A DNA stretch of 64,000 bases. Origin: Nemertoderma westbladi (lineage: Eukaryota > Animalia > Xenacoelomorpha). The stretch covers positions 1-64,000 of the forward strand of contig JAUCBJ010006711.1 in the NCBI GenBank assembly GCA_032718475.1. The letters are read 5' to 3'. The notes under the pieces are model-generated. The model had not been told where the DNA came from, ran no database searches, and saw nothing but the letters and a program-made list of their open reading frames with translations. Positions 12,701 through 26,280 of this stretch are shown piece after piece. The translations under genes and the position numbers were made by a program. How positions within the stretch are numbered: position 1 is the first letter of the stretch; each line of letters starts with the position of its first letter.

Positions 12701-15700
12701 AATAAGTAGCCTATCTCCCTATTAATATTGTTGTGTTCTAGAATATTTATTATAGTTTCATCGTATTGCCAAAGTGACTAGAGCTCAAGTTGTCTCATAA
12801 TACAATAATTCACCTCAAATATCTCAGCTATTTCATGAACATAATGAAGTATTAAAGCCATGTCAAAATCCTTGGTGTTTTTCTGCAATAATTTATCAAA
12901 ATATCCTCTGATTTTTTTCATAAACCATATCGATTTTCTTATTTATAACTTCTATCCCACTCCACGAGATAGAGAATCTTAAATGAACGTCAAAAGAACA
13001 GGTAACACTTACATTTATAGCAGTAATCAGCTGTTATTTGCTACGTCTTTCCGCTGGAGATGGATGAATTTTGATTGCGTTGGAACACCCCCTATCTGTG
13101 GCTGTCTGAGTGGAGAGATAAGTAGCCTATCTCCCTGTTAATATTGTTGTGTTCTAGAATATTTATTATAGTTTCATCGTATTGCCAAAGTGACTATAGA
13201 GCTGAAGTTGACTCATAATACAATAATTCACCTCAAATATCTCAGCTATTTCATGAACATAATGAAGTATTAAATCCATGTCAAATTCCTTGGTATTTTT
13301 CTGCAATAATTTATCAAAATATCCTCTGATTTTTTTCAAAAACCATATCAATTTTCATACTTATAACTTCTATCCCACTCAACGAGATAAAGTATCTTAA
13401 ATGAAAGTCAAAAGAACAGGTAACACTTACATTTATAGAAGTAATCAGATGTTATTTGCTACATCTTTCCGCTGGAGATGGATGAATTTTGATTGCGTTG
13501 GAACACCCCCTATCTGTGGCTTTCTGAGTGGAGAGATAAGTAGCCTATCTCCCTGTTAATATTGTTGTGTTCTAGAATATTTATTATAGTTTCATCATAT
13601 TGCCAAAGTGACTAGAGCTGAATTTAACTCATAATACAATAATTCACCTCAAATATCTCAGCTATTTCATGAACATAATGAAGTATTAAAGCCATGTCAA
13701 AATCCTTGGTGTTTTTCTGCAATAATTTATCAAAATATCCTCTGATTTTTTTCATAAACCATATCGATTTTCTTATTTATAACTTCTATCCCACTCAACG
13801 ACATAAAGTATCTTAAATGAACGTCAAAAGAACAGGTAACACTTACATTTATAGAAGTAATCAGCTGTTATTTGCTACGTCTTTCCGCTGGAGATGGATG
13901 AATTTTGATTGCATTGGAACACCCCCTATCTGTGGCTTTCTGAGTGGAGAGATAAGTATCCTATCTCCCTATTAATATTGTTGTGTTCTAGAATATTTTT
14001 TATAGTTTCATCGTATTGCCAAAGTGACTAGAGCTGAAGTTAACTCATAATACAATAATTCACCTCAAATATCTCAGCTATTTCATGAACATAATGAAGT
14101 ATTAAAGCCATGTCAAAATCATTGGTGTTTTTCTGCAATAATTTATCAAAATATCCTCTGATTTTTTTCAAAAACCACATCGATTTTCTTATTTATAACT
14201 TCTATCCCACTCCACGAGATAGAGAATCTTAAATGAACGTCAAAAAAACAGGTAACACTTACATTTATAGCAGTAATCAGCTGTTATTTGCTACGTCTTT
14301 CCGCTGGAGATGGATGAATTTTGATTGCGTTGGAACACCCCCTATCTGTGGCTGTCTGAGTGGAGAGATAAGTAGCCTATCTCCCTGTTAATATTGTTGT
14401 GTTCTAGAATATTTATTATAGTTTCATCATATTGCCAAAGTGACTAGAGCTGAAGTTGACTCATAATACAATAATTCACCTCAAATATCTCAGCTATTTC
14501 ATGAACATAATGAAGTATTAAATCCATGTCAAATTCCTTGGTATTTTTCTGCAATAATTTATCAAAATATCCTCTGATTTTTTTCAAAAACCATATCAAT
14601 TTTCATATTTATAACTTCTATCCCACTCCACGAGATAAGGAATCTTAAATGAAAGTCAAAAGAACAGGTAACACTTACATTTATAGAAGTAATCAGCTGT
14701 TATTTGCTACGTCTTTCCGCTGGAGATGGATGAATTTTGATTGTGTCAGAACACCCCCTATCTGTGGCTGTCTGAGTTGAGAAATAAGTAGCCTATCTCC
14801 CTATTAATATTGTTGTGTTCTAGAATATTGTCTCATAATACAATAATTCACCTCAAATATCTCAGCTATTTCATGAACATAATGAAGTATTAAAGCCATG
14901 TCAAAATCCTTGGTGTTTTTCTGCAATAATTTATCAAAATATCCTCTGATTTTTTACAAAAATCATATCGATTTTCATATTTATAACTTCTATCCCACTC
15001 CACGAGATAGAGAATCTTAAATGAACGTCAAAAGAACAGGTAACACTTACATTTATAGCAGTAATCAGCTGTTATTTGCTACGTCTTTCCGCTGGAGATG
15101 GATGAATTTTGATTGCGTTGGAACACCCCCTATCTGTGGCTGTCTGAGTGGAGAGATAAGTAGCCTATCTCCCTGTTAATATTGTTGTGTTCTAGAATAT
15201 TTATTATAGTTTCATCGTATTGCCAAAGTGACTAGAGCTGAAATTAACTCATAATACAATAATTCACCTCAAATATCTCAGCTATTTCATGAACATAATG
15301 AAGTATTAAATCCATGTCAAATTCCTTGGTATTTTTCTGCAATAATTTATCAAAATATCCTCTGATTTTTTTCAAAAACCATATCAATTTTCATACTTAT
15401 AACTTCTATCCCACTCAACGAGATAAAGTATCTTAAATGAAAGTCAAAAGAACAGGTAACACTTACATTTATAGAAGTAATCAGATGTTATTTGCTACAT
15501 CTTTCCGCTGGAGATGGATGAATTTTGATTGCGTTGGAACACCCCCTATCTGTGGCTTTCTGAGTGGAGAGATAAGTAGCCTATCTCCCTGTTAATATTG
15601 TTGTGTTCTAGAATATTTATTATAGTTTCATCATATTGCCAAAGTGACTAGAGCTGAAATTAACTCATAATACAATAATTCACCTCAAATATCTCAGCTA

Positions 15701-18700
15701 TTTCATGAACATAATGAAGTATTAAAGCCATGTCAAAATCCTTGGTGTTTTTCTGCAATAATTTATCAAAATATCCTCTGATTTTTTTCATAAACCATAT
15801 CGATTTTCTTATTTATAACTTCTATCCCACTCAACGACATAAAGTATCTTAAATGAACGTCAAAAGAACAGGTAACACTTACATTTATAGAAGTAATCAG
15901 CTGTTATTTGCTACGTCTTTCCGCTGGAGATGGATGAATTTTGATTGCATTGGAACACCCCCTATCTGTGGCTTTCTGAGTGGAGAGATAAGTATCCTAT
16001 CTCCCTATTAATATTGTTGTGTTCTAGAATATTTTTTATAGTTTCATCGTATTGCCAAAGTGACTAGAGCTGAAGTTAACTCATAATACAATAATTCACC
16101 TCAAATATCTCAGCTATTTCATGAACATAATGAAGTATTAAAGCCATGTCAAAATCATTGGTGTTTTTCTGCAATAATTTATCAAAATATCCTCTGATTT
16201 TTTTCAAAAACCACATCGATTTTCTTATTTATAACTTCTATCCCACTCCACGAGATAGAGAATCTTAAATGAACGTCAAAAAAACAGGTAACACTTACAT
16301 TTATAGCAGTAATCAGCTGTTATTTGCTACGTCTTTCCGCTGGAGATGGATGAATTTTGATTGCGTTGGAACACCCCCTATCTGTGGCTGTCTGAGTGGA
16401 GAGATAAGTAGCCTATCTCCCTGTTAATATTGTTGTGTTCTAGAATATTTATTATAGTTTCATCATATTGCCAAAGTGACTAGAGCTGAAGTTGACTCAT
16501 AATACAATAATTCACCTCAAATATTTCAGCTATTTCATGAACATAATGAAGTATTAAATCCATGTCAAATTCCTTGGTATTTTTCTGCAATAATTTATCA
16601 AAATATCCTCTGATTTTTTTCAAAAACCATATCAATTTTCATATTTATAACTTCTATCCCACTCCACGAGATAAAGAATCTTAAATGAAAGTCAAAAGAA
16701 CAGGTAACACTTACATTTATAGAAGTAATCAGCTGTTATTTGCTACGTCTTTCCGCTGGAGATGGATGAATTTTGATTGCGTTGGAACACCCCCTATCTG
16801 TGGCTTTCTGAGTGGAGAGATAAGTATCCTATCTCCCTATTAATATTGTTGTGTTCTAGAATATTTTTTATAGTTTCATCGTATTGCCAAAGTGACTAGA
16901 GCTGAAGTTGACTCATAATACAATAATTCACCTCAAATATCTCAGCTATTTCATGAACATAATGAAGTATTAAATCCATGTCAAATTCCTTGGTATTTTT
17001 CTGCAATAATTTATCAAAATATCCTCTAATTTTTTTCAAAAACCATATCAATTTTCATATTTATAACTTCTATCCCACTCCACGAGATAAAGAATCTTAA
17101 ATGAAAGTCAAAAGAACAGGTAACACTTACATTTATAGAAGTAATCAGCTGTTATTTGCTTCGTCTTTCCGCTGGAGATGGATGAATTTTGATTGTGTCA
17201 GAACACCCCCTATCTGTGGCTGTCTGAGTTGAGAAATAAGTAGCCTATCTCCCTATTAATATTGTTGTGTTCTAGAATATTTATTATAGTTTCATCGTAT
17301 TGCTAAAGTGGCTGGAGCTAAAGTTATTATGTAATTAATGCAATAATTCACCTCAAATATCTCAGCTATTTCATGAACATAATGAAGTATTAAATCCATG
17401 TCAAATTCCTTGGTGTTTTTCTGCAATAATTTATCAAAATATCCTCTGATTTTTTCAAAAACCATATCAATTTTCATATTTATAACTTCTATCCCACACA
17501 ACGAGATAAAGTATCTTAAATGAAAGTCAAAAGAACAGGTAACACTTACATTTATAGAAGTAATCAGCTGTTATTTGCTACGTCTTTCCGCTGGAGATGG
17601 ATGAATTTTGATTGTGTCAGAACACCCCCTATCTGTGGCTGTCTGAGTTGAGAAATAAGTAGCCTATCTCCCTATTAATATTGTTGTGTTCTAGAATATT
17701 GTCTCATAATACAATAATTCACCTCAAATATCTCAGCTATTTCATGAACATAATGAAGTATTAAAGCCATGTCAAAATCCTTGGTGTTTTTCTGCAATAA
17801 TTTATCAAAATATCCTCTGATTTTTTTCATAAACCATATCAATTTTCATATTTATAACTTCTATCCCACTCCACGAGATAGAGAATCTTAAATGAACGTC
17901 AAAAGAACAGGTAACACTTACATTTATAGCAGTAATCAGCTGTTATTTGCTACGTCTTTCCGCTGGAGATGGATGAATTTTGATTGTGTTGGAACACCCC
18001 CTATCTGTGGCTGTCTGAGTGGAGAGATAAGTAGCCTATCTCCCTGTTAATATTGTTGTGTTCTAGAATATTTATTATAGTTTCATCGTATTACCAAAGT
18101 GACTATAGAGCTGAAGTTGACTCATAATACAATAATTCACCTCAAATATCTCAGCTATTTCATGAACATAATGAAGTATTAAATCCATGTCAAATTCCTT
18201 GGTATTTTTCTGCAATAATTTATCAAAATATCCTCTGATTTTTTTCAAAAACCATATCAATTTTCATACTTATAACTTCTATCCCACTCAACGAGATAAA
18301 GTATCTTAAATGAAAGTCAAAAGAACAGGTAACACTTACATTTATAGAAGTAATCAGATGTTATTTGCTACATCTTTCCGCTGGAGATGGATGAATTTTG
18401 ATTGCGTTGGAACACCCCCTATCTGTGGCTTTCTGAGTGGAGAGATAAGTATCCTATCTCCCTATTAATATTGTTGTGTTCTAGAATATTTTTTATAGTT
18501 TCATCGTATTGCCAAAGTGACTAGAGCTGAAGTTGTCTCATAATACAATAATTCACCTCAAATATCTCAGCTATTTCATGAACATAATGAAGTATTAAAT
18601 CCATGTCAAAATCCTTGGTATTTTTCTGCAATAATTTATCAAAATATCCTCTGATTTTTTTCAAAAACCATATCAATTTTCATATTTATAACTTCTATCC

Positions 18701-21700
18701 CACTCCACGAGATAGAGAATCTTAAATGAACGTCAAAAGAACAGGTAACACTTACATTTATAGAAGTAATCAGCTGTTATTTGCTACGTCTTTCTACTGG
18801 AGATGGATGAATTTTGATTGCGTTGCAACACCCCCTATCTGTGGCTTTCTGAGTAGAGAGATAAGTATCCTATCTCCCTATTAATATTGTTGTGTTCTAG
18901 AATATTTTTTATAGTTTCATCGTATTGCCAAAGTGACTAGAGCTGAAGTTAACTCATAATACAATAATTCACCTCAAATATTTCAGCTATTTCATGAACA
19001 TAATGAAGTATTAAAGCCATGTCAAAATCATTGGTGTTTTTCTGCAATAATTTATCAAAATATCCTCTGATTTTTTTCAAAAACCACATCGATTTTCTTA
19101 TTTATAACTTCTATCTCACTCCACGAGATAGAGAATCTTAAATGAACGTCAAAAGAACAGGTAACACTTACATTTATAGCAGTAATCAGCTGTTATTTGC
19201 TACGTCTTTCCGCTGGAGATGGATGAATTTTGATTGCGTTGGAACACCCCCTATCTGTGGCTGTCTGAGTGGAGAGATAAGTAGCCTATCTCCCTGTTAA
19301 TATTGTTGTGTTCTAGAATATTTATTATAGTTTCATCGTATTGCCAAAGTGACTAGAGCTGAAGTTGACTCATAATACAATAATTCACCTCAAATATCTC
19401 AGCTATTTCATGAACATAATGAAGTATTAAATCCATGTCAAATTCCTTGGTATTTTTCTGCAATAATTTATCAAAATATCCTCTGATTTTTTTCAAAAAC
19501 CATATCAATTTTCATATTTATAACTTCTATCCCACTCAACGAGATAAAGTATCTTAAATGAAAGTCAAAAGAACAGGTAACACTTACATTTATAGAAGTA
19601 ATCAGCTGTTATTTGCTTCGTCTTTCCGCTGGAGATAGATGAATTTTGATTGTGTCAGAACACCCCCTATCTGTGGCTGTCTGAGTTGAGAAATAAGTAG
19701 CCTATCTCCCTATTAATATTGTTGTGTTCTAGAATATTTATTACAGTTTCATCGTATTGCTAAAGTGGCTGGAGCTAAAGTTATTATGTAATTAATGCAA
19801 TAATTCACCTCAAATATCTCAGCTATTTCATGAACATAATGAAGTATTAAAGCCATGTCAAAATCCTTGGTGTTTTTCTGCAATAATTTATCAAAATATC
19901 CTCTGATTTTTTACAAAAATCATATCGATTTTCATATTTATAACTTCTATCCCACTCAACGAGATAAAGTATCTTAAATGAAAGTCAAAAGAACAGCTAA
20001 CACTTACATTTATAGAAGTAAATCAGCTGTTATTTGCTACGTCTTTCCGCTGGTGATGGATGAATTTTGATTGCGTTGGAACACCCCCTATCTGTGGCTT
20101 TCTGAGTGGAGAGATAAGTATCCTATCTACCTATTAATATTGTTGTGTTCTAGAATATTTTTTATAGTTTCATCGTATTGCCAAAGTGAATAGAGCTGAA
20201 GTTTACTCATAATACAATAATTCACCTCCAATATCTCAGCTATTTCATGAACATAATGAAGTATTAAAGCCATGTCAAAATCATTGGTGTTTTTCTGCAA
20301 TAATTTATCAAAATATCCTCTGATTTTTTTCAAAAACCACATCGATTTTCTTATTTATAACTTCTATCCCACTCCACGAGATAGATAATCTTAAATGAAC
20401 GTCAAAAGAACAGGTAACACTTACATTTATAGCAGTAATCAGCTGTTATTTGCTACGTCTTTCCGCTGGAGATAGATGAATTTTGATTGTGTTGGAACAC
20501 CCCCTATCTGTGGCTGTCTGAGTGGAGAGATAAGTAGCCTATCTCCCTGTTAATATTGTTGTGTTCTAGAATATTTATTATAGTTTCATCGTATTGCCAA
20601 AGTGACTATAGAGCTGAAGTTGACTCATAATACAATAATTCACCTCAAATATCTCAGCTATTTCATGAACATAATGAAGTATTAAATCCATGTCAAATTC
20701 CTTGGTATTTTTCTGCAATAATTTATCAAAATATCCTCTGATTTTTTTCAAAAACCATATCAATTTTCATACTTATAACTTCTATCCCACTAAACGACAT
20801 AAAGTATCTTAAATGAAAGTCAAAAGAACAGGTAACACTTACATTTATAGAAGTAATCAGCTGTTATTTGCTACGTCTTTCCGCTGGAGATGGATGAATT
20901 TTGATTGGGTTGGAACACCCCCTATCTGTGGCTTTCTGAGTGGAGAGATAAGTATCCTATCTCCCTATTAATATTGTTGTGTTCTAGAATATTTTTTATA
21001 GTTTCATCGTATTGCCAAAGTGACTAGAGCTCAAGTTGTCTCATAATACAATAATTCACCTCAAATATCTCAGCTATTTCATGAACATAATGAAGTATTA
21101 AATCCATGTCAAAATCCTTGGTATTTTTCTGCAATAATTTATCAAAATATCCTCTGATTTTTTTCAAAAACCATATCAATTTTCATACTTATAACTTCTA
21201 TCCCACTCAACGACATAAAGTATCTTAAATGAACGTCAAAAGAACAGGTAACACTTACATTTATAGAAGTAATCAGCTGTTATTTGCTACGTCTTTCCGC
21301 TGGAGATGGATGAATTTTGATTGCGTTGGAACACCCCCTATCTGTGGCGTTCTGAGTGGAGAGATAAGTATCCTATCTCCCTATTAATATTGTTGTGTTC
21401 GAGAATATTTTTTATAATTTCATCGTATTGCCAAAGTGACTAGAGCTGAAGTTAACTCATAATACAATAATTCACCTCAAATATCTCAGCTATTTCATGA
21501 ACATAATGAAGTATTAAAGCCATGTCAAAATCATTGGTGTTTTTCTGCAATAATTTATCCAAATATCCTCTGATTTTTTTCAAAAACCACATCGATTTTC
21601 TTATTTATAACTTCTATCCCACTCAACGAGATAAAGTATCTTAAATGAAAGTCAAAAGAACAGGTAACACTTACATTTATAGAAGTAATCAGCTGTTATT

Positions 21701-24700
21701 TGCTTCGTCTTTCCGCTGGAGATGGATGAATTTTGATTGTGTCAGAACAACCCTATCTGTGGCTGTCTGAGTTGAGAGATAAGTAGCCTATCTCCCTATT
21801 AATATTGTTGTGTTCTAGAATATTTATTATAGTTTCATCGCATTGCTAAAGTGGCTGGAGCTAAAGTTATTATGTAATGCAATAATTCACCTCAAAAAAC
21901 TCAGCTATTTCATGAACATAATGAAGTATTAAATCCATGTCAAAATCCTTGGTATTTTTCTGCAATAATTTATCAAAATATCCTCTGATTTTTTTCAAAA
22001 ACCATATCAATTTTCATATTTATAACTTCTATCCCACTCCACGAGATAAAGAATTTAAAATGAAAGTCAAAAGAACTGGTAACACTTACATTTATAGAAG
22101 TAATCAGCTGTATAATAAAGAATTTAAAATGAAAGTCAAAAGAACTGGTAACACTTACATTTATAGAAGTAATCAGCTGTTATTTGCTACGTCTTTCCGC
22201 TGGAGATGGATGAATTTTGATTGTGTCAGAACACCCCCTATCTGTGGCTGTCTGAGTTGTGAAATAAGTAGCCTATCTCCCTATTAATATTGTTGTGTTC
22301 TAGAATATTTATTTTAGTTTCATCGTATTGCTAAAGTGGCTGGAGCTAAAGTTATTATGTAATGCAATAATTCACCTCAAATATCTCAGCTATTTCATGA
22401 ACATAATGAAGTATTAAAGCCATGTCAAAATCCTTGGTGTTTTTCTGCAATAATTGATCAAAATATCCTCTGATTTTTTTCAAAAACCAAATCAATTTTC
22501 ATATTTATAACTTCTATCCCACTCCACGAGATAGGGAATCTTAAATGAACGTCAAAAGAACAGGTAACACTTACATTTATAGCAGTAATCAGCTGTTATT
22601 TGCTACGTCTTTCCGCTGGAGATGGATGAATTTTGATTGCGTTGGAACACCCCCTATCTGTGGCTGTCTGAGTGGAGAGATAAGTAGCCTATCTCCCTGT
22701 TAATATTGTTGTGTTCTAGAATATTTATTATAGTTTCATCGTATTGCCAAAGTGACTAGAGCTGAAGTTGACTCATAATACAATAATTCACCTCAAATAT
22801 CTCAGCTATTTCATGAACATAATGAAGTATTAAATTCATGTCAAATTCCTTGGTATTTTTCTGCAATAATTTATCAAAATATCCTCTGATTTTTTTCAAA
22901 AACCATATCAATTTTCATATTTATAACTTCTATCCCACTCCACGAGATAGAGAATCTTAAATGAACGTCAAAAGAACAGGTAACACTTACATTTATAGAA
23001 GTAATCAGCTGTTATTTGCTACGTCTTTCCGCTGGAGATGGATGAATTTTGATTGCGTTGGAACACCCCCTATCTGTGGCTTTCTGAGTGGAGAGATAAG
23101 TATCCTATCTCCCTATTAATATTGTTGTGTTCTAGAATATTTTTTATAGTTTCATCGTATTGCCAAAGTGACTAGAGCTGAAGTTAACTCATAATACAAT
23201 AATTCACCTCAAATATCTCAGCTATTTCATGAACATAATGAAGTATTAAAGCCATGTCAAAATCATTGGTGTTTTTCTGCAATAATTTATCAAAATATCC
23301 TCTGATTGTTTTCAAAAACCACATCGATTTTCTTATTTATAACTTCTATCCCACTCCACGAGATAGAGAATCTTAAATGAACGTCAAAAGAACAGGTAGG
23401 TAACACTTACATTTATAGCAGTAATCAGCTGTTATTTGATACGTCTTTCCGCTGGAGATGGATGAATTTTGATTGCGTTGGAACACCCCCTATCTGTGGC
23501 TGTCTGAGAGGAGAGATAAGTAGCCTATCTCCCTGTTAATATTGTTGTGTTCTAGAATATTTATTATAGTTTCATCGTATTGCCAAAGTGACTAGAGCTG
23601 AAGTTGACTCATAATACAATAATTCACCTCAAATATCTCAGCTATTTCATGAACATAATGAAGTATTAAATCCATGTCAAATTCTTTGGTATTTTTCTGC
23701 AATAATTTATCAAAATTTCCTCTGATTTTTTTCAAAAACCATATCAATTTTCATATTTATAACTTCTATCCCACTCAACGAGATAAAGTATCTTAAATGA
23801 AAGTCAAAAGAACAGGTAACACTTACATTTATAGAAGTAATCAGCTGTTATTTGCTTCGTCTTTCCGCTGGAGATGGATGAATTTTGATTGTGTCAGAAC
23901 ACCCCCTATCTGTGGCTGTCTGAGTTGAGAAATAAGTAGCCTATCTCCCTATTAATATTGTTGTATTCTAGAATATTTATTATAGTTTCATCGTATTGCT
24001 AAAGTGGCTGGAGTTAAAGTTATTATGTGATGCAATAATTCACCTCAAATATCTCAGCTATTTCATGAACATAATGAAGTATTAAAGCCATGTCAAAATC
24101 CTTGGTGTTTTTCTGCAATAATTTATCAAAATATCCTCTGATTTTTTACAAAAACCATATCGATTTTCATATTTATAACTTCTATCCCACTCCACGAGAT
24201 AGAGAATCTTAAATGAACGTCACAAGAACAGGTAACACTTACATTTATAGCAGTAATCAGCTGTTATTTGCTACGTCTTAACGCTGGAGATGGATTAATT
24301 TTGATTGCGTTGGAACACCCCCTATCTGTGGCTTTCTGAGTGGAGAGATAAGTATCCTATCTCCCTATTAATATTGTTGTGTTCTAGAATATTTTTTATA
24401 GTTTCATCGTATTGCCAAAGTGACTAGAGCTGAAGTTAACTCATAATACAATAATTCACCTCAAATATCTCAGCTATTTCATGAACATAATGAAGTATTA
24501 AAGCCATTTCAAAATCATTGGTGTTTTTCTGCAATAATTTATCAAAATATCCTCTGATATTTTTCAAAAACCACATCGATTTTCTTATTTATATCTTCTA
24601 ACCCACTCCACGAGATAGAGAATCTTAAATGATCGTCAAAAGAACAGGTAACACTTACATTTATAGCAGTAATCAGCTGTTATTTGCAACGTCTTTCCGC

Positions 24701-25744
24701 TGGAGATGGATGGATTTTGATTGCGTTGGAACACACCCTATCTGTGGCTGTCTGAGTTGAGAGATAAGTAGCCTATCTCCCTATTAATATTGTTGTGTTC
24801 TAGAATATTTATTATAGTTTCATCGCATTGCTAAAGTGGCTGGAGCTAAAGTTATTATGTAATTCCATAATTCACCTCAAATATCTCAGCTATTTCATGA
24901 ACATAATGAAGTATTAAAGCCATGTCAAAATCCTTGGTGTTTTTCTGCAATAATTTATCAAAATATCCTCTGATTTTTTACAAAAACCATATCGATTTTC
25001 ATATTTATAACTTCTATCCCACTCCACGAGATAGAGAATCTTAAATGAACGTCACAAGAACAGGTAACACTTACATTTATAGCAGTAATCAGCTGTTATT
25101 TGCTACGTCTTAACGCTGGAGATGGATTAATTTTGATTGCGTTGGAACACCCCCTATCTGTGGCTGTCTGAGTTGAGAAATAAGTAGCCTATCTCCCTAT
25201 TTATATAGTTGTGTTCTAGAATATTTATTATAGTTTCATCGTATTGCCAAAGTGACTAGAGCTGAAGTTAACTCATAATACAATAATTCACCTCAAATAT
25301 CTCAGCTATTTCATGAACATAATGAAGTATTAAAGCCATGTCAAAATCATTGGTGTTTTTCTGCAATAATTTATCAAAATATCCTCTGATTTTTTACAAA
25401 AACCATATCGATTTTCATATTTATAACTTCTATCCCACTCCACGAGATAGAGAATCTTAAATGAACGTCAAAAGAACAGGTAACACTTACATTTATAGAA
25501 GTAATCAGCTGTTATTTGCTACGTCTTTCCGCTGGAGATGGATGGATTTTGATTGCGTTGGAACACACCCTATCTGTGGCTGTCTGAGTGGAGAGATAAG
25601 TAGCCTATCTCCCTGTTAATATTGTTGTGTTCTAGAATATTTATTATAGTTTCATTGTATTGCCAAAGTGACTAGAGCTGAAGTTGACTCATAATACAAT
25701 AATTCACCTCAAATATCTCAGCTATTTCATGAACATAATGAAGT
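6799..25744. repeat. ~418-420 bp AT-rich tandem satellite, ~45 units with variant subtypes
   Basis: 420 bp period (7501/7921, 7621/8041) and 418 bp period (8041/8459); local deletions (~11225, ~14830, ~17700) and a short duplication (~22050-22170). Confidence 0.97.
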
Positions 25745-25883
25745 TGATGAATTATTTCACTATAAGGTAGCATTTGTAGTTTAACTTTAACGTAAAAACT
25801 TTCGAAAATCCGACGCATTTTGATTAAGTTACAGTAATGTAATATTGCCTATTCATATTTGTACACATAAAACCCTTAGGTAC

Positions 25884-25960
25884 TCTCATGGCGTAGTGGT
25901 CAGATGGTTAAGGGGTTGGTTACATTACAGATAGGTTACGAGTTCGAATCCCGGTTGGGA
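25884..25960 (+). pseudogene. tRNA-like Pol III cassette in outer 5' LTR
   Basis: TGGCGTAGTGGTCAGATGGTTAAGG (A-box/D-arm like), GAGTTCGAATCCC (B-box), TTTT at ~25968; second copy at 61821-61897. Confidence 0.6.
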
Positions 25961-26004
25961 AATTTGTATTTTGGGGCCATTTATTTTTCATTCGGTGCTA
26001 ATTG

Positions 26005-26280
26005 GTGGACCAATGAGAAGCGTACAACGTAGCGAGAGATGAGCCAGGCCAATCATAGGGCATAAATTATCTTATTGCTCAAATGTGAGGCAATGGAAAA
26101 TTCTGTTAGGATTCCATGTCCCAGATTAGTGTAAGGGCCGTATTGCGTTGAACAATGAGCTGGGCCAATCATAGGGCATAAAGCACTTTATTGCTCGAAT
26201 GTGAAGCTGTGGAAAATTCTGTTTGGTTTCCATGTGCGATATTTAGTATAAAAGGCCGGTTTGCCTTCGGTTATCACTTC
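26005..26280 (+). promoter_or_regulatory. Pol II promoter of outer LTR: CCAAT boxes, TATAAAA (26247), Inr-like TCACTT (A at 26276)
   Basis: Three CCAAT boxes, two within a ~115-bp duplication; TATA-Inr spacing 29 nt; same layout in the inner LTR. Confidence 0.6.

Noticed and set aside
8253-22287. Recurrent 61-116 aa ORFs in the satellite (e.g. MIWFLKKIRGYFDKLL...)
   Set aside because: Open in only a minority of monomers, frame-variable through homopolymer indels, no recognisable domain. A remote coding origin cannot be excluded without a TBLASTX/HMM search.
6799-25744. CRISPR-like array
   Set aside because: Whole ~420-bp units repeat with no unique spacers; eukaryotic context; no cas genes
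25884-25960. Functional tRNA genes in the LTRs
   Set aside because: Anticodon and acceptor arms do not form canonical cloverleaves by eye; kept as tRNA-like only
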